Sequence record: MZ475895.1
Strand: one strand, 5' to 3'
DNA: 64,000 bases
Positions 61,876 through 64,000 of the stretch are shown one piece after another (the first letter of the stretch is position 1; every line of letters begins with the position of its first letter). A program made the position numbers and the translations under genes. The notes under the pieces were generated by a model. The model did no database searches. It was not told where the DNA came from and was given only the letters and a program-made list of their open reading frames with translations.

Positions 61876-62424
61876 ATGCGCGTTCTTTCAGGCGACCCGG
61901 GTAAGGTTAACTTCGCGCTGTCTGTCCAGGAGTTCAAGGACAAACGCATTACTGTTATAGGCACGCGGATGTTCCGCAGTCCTATTCAGAACCTGCATTA
62001 CGATATGCGTCAGCCCACAAAAGAGTTTCTTGCCGAGCTTGAGCTAATATGGAAACTCTACGGACCGTTCGATGCCATGTGCTTTGAGCGCTTCCAGTCT
62101 CGTGGTCTTGGCGGCAACACCATTGAAGCTATCAGCCTCATGCTCGGTGTCATATCGTTCTTTGCGTTGAAGAAGAAATGCCCTCTTGATTTAATCACTG
62201 CTAGTCAGTGGAAAAATGCTTTCAACCGCAGCATGGACCTTAAAGGCTATTATGCGGAATACAATCTGACGTCAAAGAAAAGCCAAAAAGCAATTCATGA
62301 ATTTGATGCGAGCCTTATTGGCGTCTATACCTTTTATCGTCATTCAGAAATCAAACCGTTTGCAGGCTTCAATCGTATCATCGATGCGTATGTTCCACGA
62401 TTCCTGGAAGCACCTGTTCTTTGA
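61876..62424 (+). CDS. RuvC-like Holliday junction resolvase
   Basis: VLSGDPG, CFERF, HEFDASLIG catalytic acidic pattern. Confidence 0.75.
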   Translation: MRVLSGDPGKVNFALSVQEFKDKRITVIGTRMFRSPIQNLHYDMRQPTKEFLAELELIWKLYGPFDAMCFERFQSRGLGGNTIEAISLMLGVISFFALKKKCPLDLITASQWKNAFNRSMDLKGYYAEYNLTSKKSQKAIHEFDASLIGVYTFYRHSEIKPFAGFNRIIDAYVPRFLEAPVL

Positions 62425-62433
62425 GGAAATGAA

Positions 62434-62769
62434 ATGAACATTGAACTTGAAACCCGTGTAATGAACATGCTGGCAGGCATTAGCCGTCATCTGGTTAAGC
62501 TTGGTAAAGGTGATGTGGCTGCCTACCAAGATCGTTTCTTCTACGAGCATTCATTCAGTACGCTGAACAAAGAAGACGACGAGACCGATGTGGTCGCTGT
62601 GTTGCGCGAAAAGATTGTGGCAGAACTTGCCGTGCGCGACATTGCACTGACCGAAGATTATCAGCCTGTGCTTACCTACAGACCGATGATTTTGCATCCG
62701 ACAAACGAAGGTGAGTTCGTGTCGATCGTGGTTGGTTTCCCACTCGACGCACCAGTGGTCCTGCCATAA
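62434..62769 (+). CDS. Hypothetical protein
   Basis: 111 aa; GAGGA RBS. Confidence 0.6.
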   Translation: MNIELETRVMNMLAGISRHLVKLGKGDVAAYQDRFFYEHSFSTLNKEDDETDVVAVLREKIVAELAVRDIALTEDYQPVLTYRPMILHPTNEGEFVSIVVGFPLDAPVVLP

Positions 62770-62772
62770 ATT

Positions 62773-62781
62773 CTGTAAATG
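62773..62781 (+). promoter_or_regulatory. CTGTAAATG motif on the plus strand
   Basis: 33 nt upstream of 62814; orientation flips with gene direction. Confidence 0.5.
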
Positions 62782-62813
62782 ATCTTACTTGGTTAACCTG
62801 TAGGATATTTGCG

Positions 62814-63473
62814 ATGGCGAAGTCAGTGAAAGAACGAAAAGCGGTTACGAAGATCGCTAAAACAAAGAAGGGAAAAATTCCTATTCGCATTATCGAGGAC
62901 ACGCGCCCAATAATCATTTGCCCCGAGATGGAAGACAAACCTCGTCCGTTTCGTTTTCGCGGTCAGTGCCCGATAACAACCTGCCAGTATTGCACACGCG
63001 AAACTGCAACTGGCTGCATGTCGTTAGATCGTAAAGAGTCTTCCGACCGTTCTATCTCTAACCGCGAGATTGCGTACTATAAGCGTAGCCTCTTTCCTGA
63101 ACTTAAAGAGATGGATCAGAAACAGTTGGACACGACTGTTCGACGGGCACAGACTCGTACCCGTACTGCTATCTGTCTCAATATGTTTATTGCCTCCGTT
63201 GATGATTCTGATTCTGATCGTTCATTTCAGTACGTGAAGGGCAGACACCCGTCAGTGGACAATGTGCATAACTACATGGTTCAAACCTTTACCGACTACA
63301 GACCTTGGATGCTTGCCTATCTTGATGATGAGCAGCGCTTCGAAGAACTGGTCGGTAAGATAGCAAATTCTGAATTTAATTTAGGTACAGCCTTGCGTCT
63401 TACGCCTCGTAAGTATCAGGTGTTCTGCAAAGCTCTAAACGACCTTAAACAATCTGGAGAAACCAATGAGTGA
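62814..63473 (+). CDS. Hypothetical protein with a Cys-rich (Zn-binding-like) segment
   Basis: CPITTCQYC...GC; basic N-terminus. Confidence 0.55.
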   Translation: MAKSVKERKAVTKIAKTKKGKIPIRIIEDTRPIIICPEMEDKPRPFRFRGQCPITTCQYCTRETATGCMSLDRKESSDRSISNREIAYYKRSLFPELKEMDQKQLDTTVRRAQTRTRTAICLNMFIASVDDSDSDRSFQYVKGRHPSVDNVHNYMVQTFTDYRPWMLAYLDDEQRFEELVGKIANSEFNLGTALRLTPRKYQVFCKALNDLKQSGETNE

Positions 63474-64000
63474 TAACTTCATTACTCTTGAGCAATATCG
63501 CGCGATGATCGAACGCAACATCCTGACCGAACCCGCGATGTTAGTCAAGAACCAGACTCAGCCGCTTGGGCGAATCATCTTCCAAGCGCTGGGCGACAAC
63601 ATGCAGATGAAGGACATCATTGTTCCTGACTCTCGCAACGCGATTGACCTGACGCAGCAAGCGCCGCTGTCTAACCTGCTGGCCAGCTCGCAACTCAAGT
63701 CGCTGATTCAGCTTCGCCGTCTGGTAATCTTGAATCCGGATGATATGCCTGCACCAGAGCAAGGCATTAAGAAGCCTACTCTGTCGCAAGAGCCCGTTGC
63801 TGGCGCTACCTCGATCGATGGTACTACGATTCCAAACGCGACTGTTATCGTTGAGCAAAACGGTAACGTCTGGACTGGTACTTCGAACGGTAGCGGTGCT
63901 TTCACTGTTGACGTGTCCGGACTTGCAGAAGGTCCATTCAGCGTAACAGTTACAGCCGACAACTATGCGCCTTCGCGCTTCACTTACACCGCTGGTCCTC
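63466..64000 (+). CDS. Partial ORF, Ig-like-domain virion protein (runs off the window end)
   Basis: MSDNFITLEQY... then KPTL...IDGTTIPNATVIV...NGSGAFTVDV...SVTVTA, a bacterial Ig-like pattern; GGAG RBS. Confidence 0.65.
   Translation, partial: MSDNFITLEQYRAMIERNILTEPAMLVKNQTQPLGRIIFQALGDNMQMKDIIVPDSRNAIDLTQQAPLSNLLASSQLKSLIQLRRLVILNPDDMPAPEQGIKKPTLSQEPVAGATSIDGTTIPNATVIVEQNGNVWTGTSNGSGAFTVDVSGLAEGPFSVTVTADNYAPSRFTYTAGP

Noticed and set aside
61876-62424. The RuvC-like gene as the missing nuclease half of the TnpB-lobe protein
   Set aside because: Looks like an ordinary stand-alone Holliday junction resolvase: opposite strand, 4 kb away, no TnpB bridge helix or Zn-finger insertion
1-64000. 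CRISPR array, tRNA or rRNA genes
   Set aside because: No regularly spaced direct repeats, cloverleaf/T-loop signatures or rRNA-like segments seen by eye; a tRNAscan/CRISPR-finder run would be the formal check

Overview
A 64-kb slice of a large lytic tailed phage (jumbo myovirus), with almost all genes on the minus strand until a switch at about 61.8 kb. The gene content (tail sheath, family A DNA polymerase with an N-terminal UDG-like domain, beta-clamp-like and gamma/tau-like proteins, SbcC/SbcD, UvsW-like helicase, a 1944-aa SNF2-type helicase) resembles, from memory and not from a search, the 'hairy' enterobacterial jumbo myoviruses of the Erwinia Y3 / Dickeya AD1-JA / Pseudomonas Lu11 / Ralstonia RSL1 type. 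Layout: tail-fibre/hair and sheath module (1-11.2 kb), replication block (11.3-22.5 kb), head/internal-protein block (22.6-38.4 kb), a mixed recombination/lysis/internal-protein region (38.5-53 kb), a structured non-coding gap (53.35-53.75 kb), then nucleotide-metabolism and unknown genes. No tRNA, rRNA, CRISPR array, intron or intein was recognised. Top leads: (1) at least 9 otherwise unrelated proteins share an N-terminal hydrophobic leader ending in S-x-S-(A/K/R), a candidate capsid-targeting/protease-cleavage tag whose cargo includes an ADP-ribosyltransferase, the giant helicase and very basic DNA-binding proteins; (2) a second, highly divergent PolA/T7-RNAP-superfamily polymerase (57929-59659) next to a protein carrying a TnpB-like WED/REC lobe without RuvC (56953-57969); (3) a ~250-nt pseudoknotted candidate ncRNA (53393-53639) behind a Phe-rich leader and terminator; (4) two recurring promoter-like motifs (CTGTAAATA and [AC]TAATTT) that split replication from structural genes, with a T4-style RBS-occluding hairpin at the sheath gene. 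All protein assignments come from motif reading by eye and need profile or structure searches.
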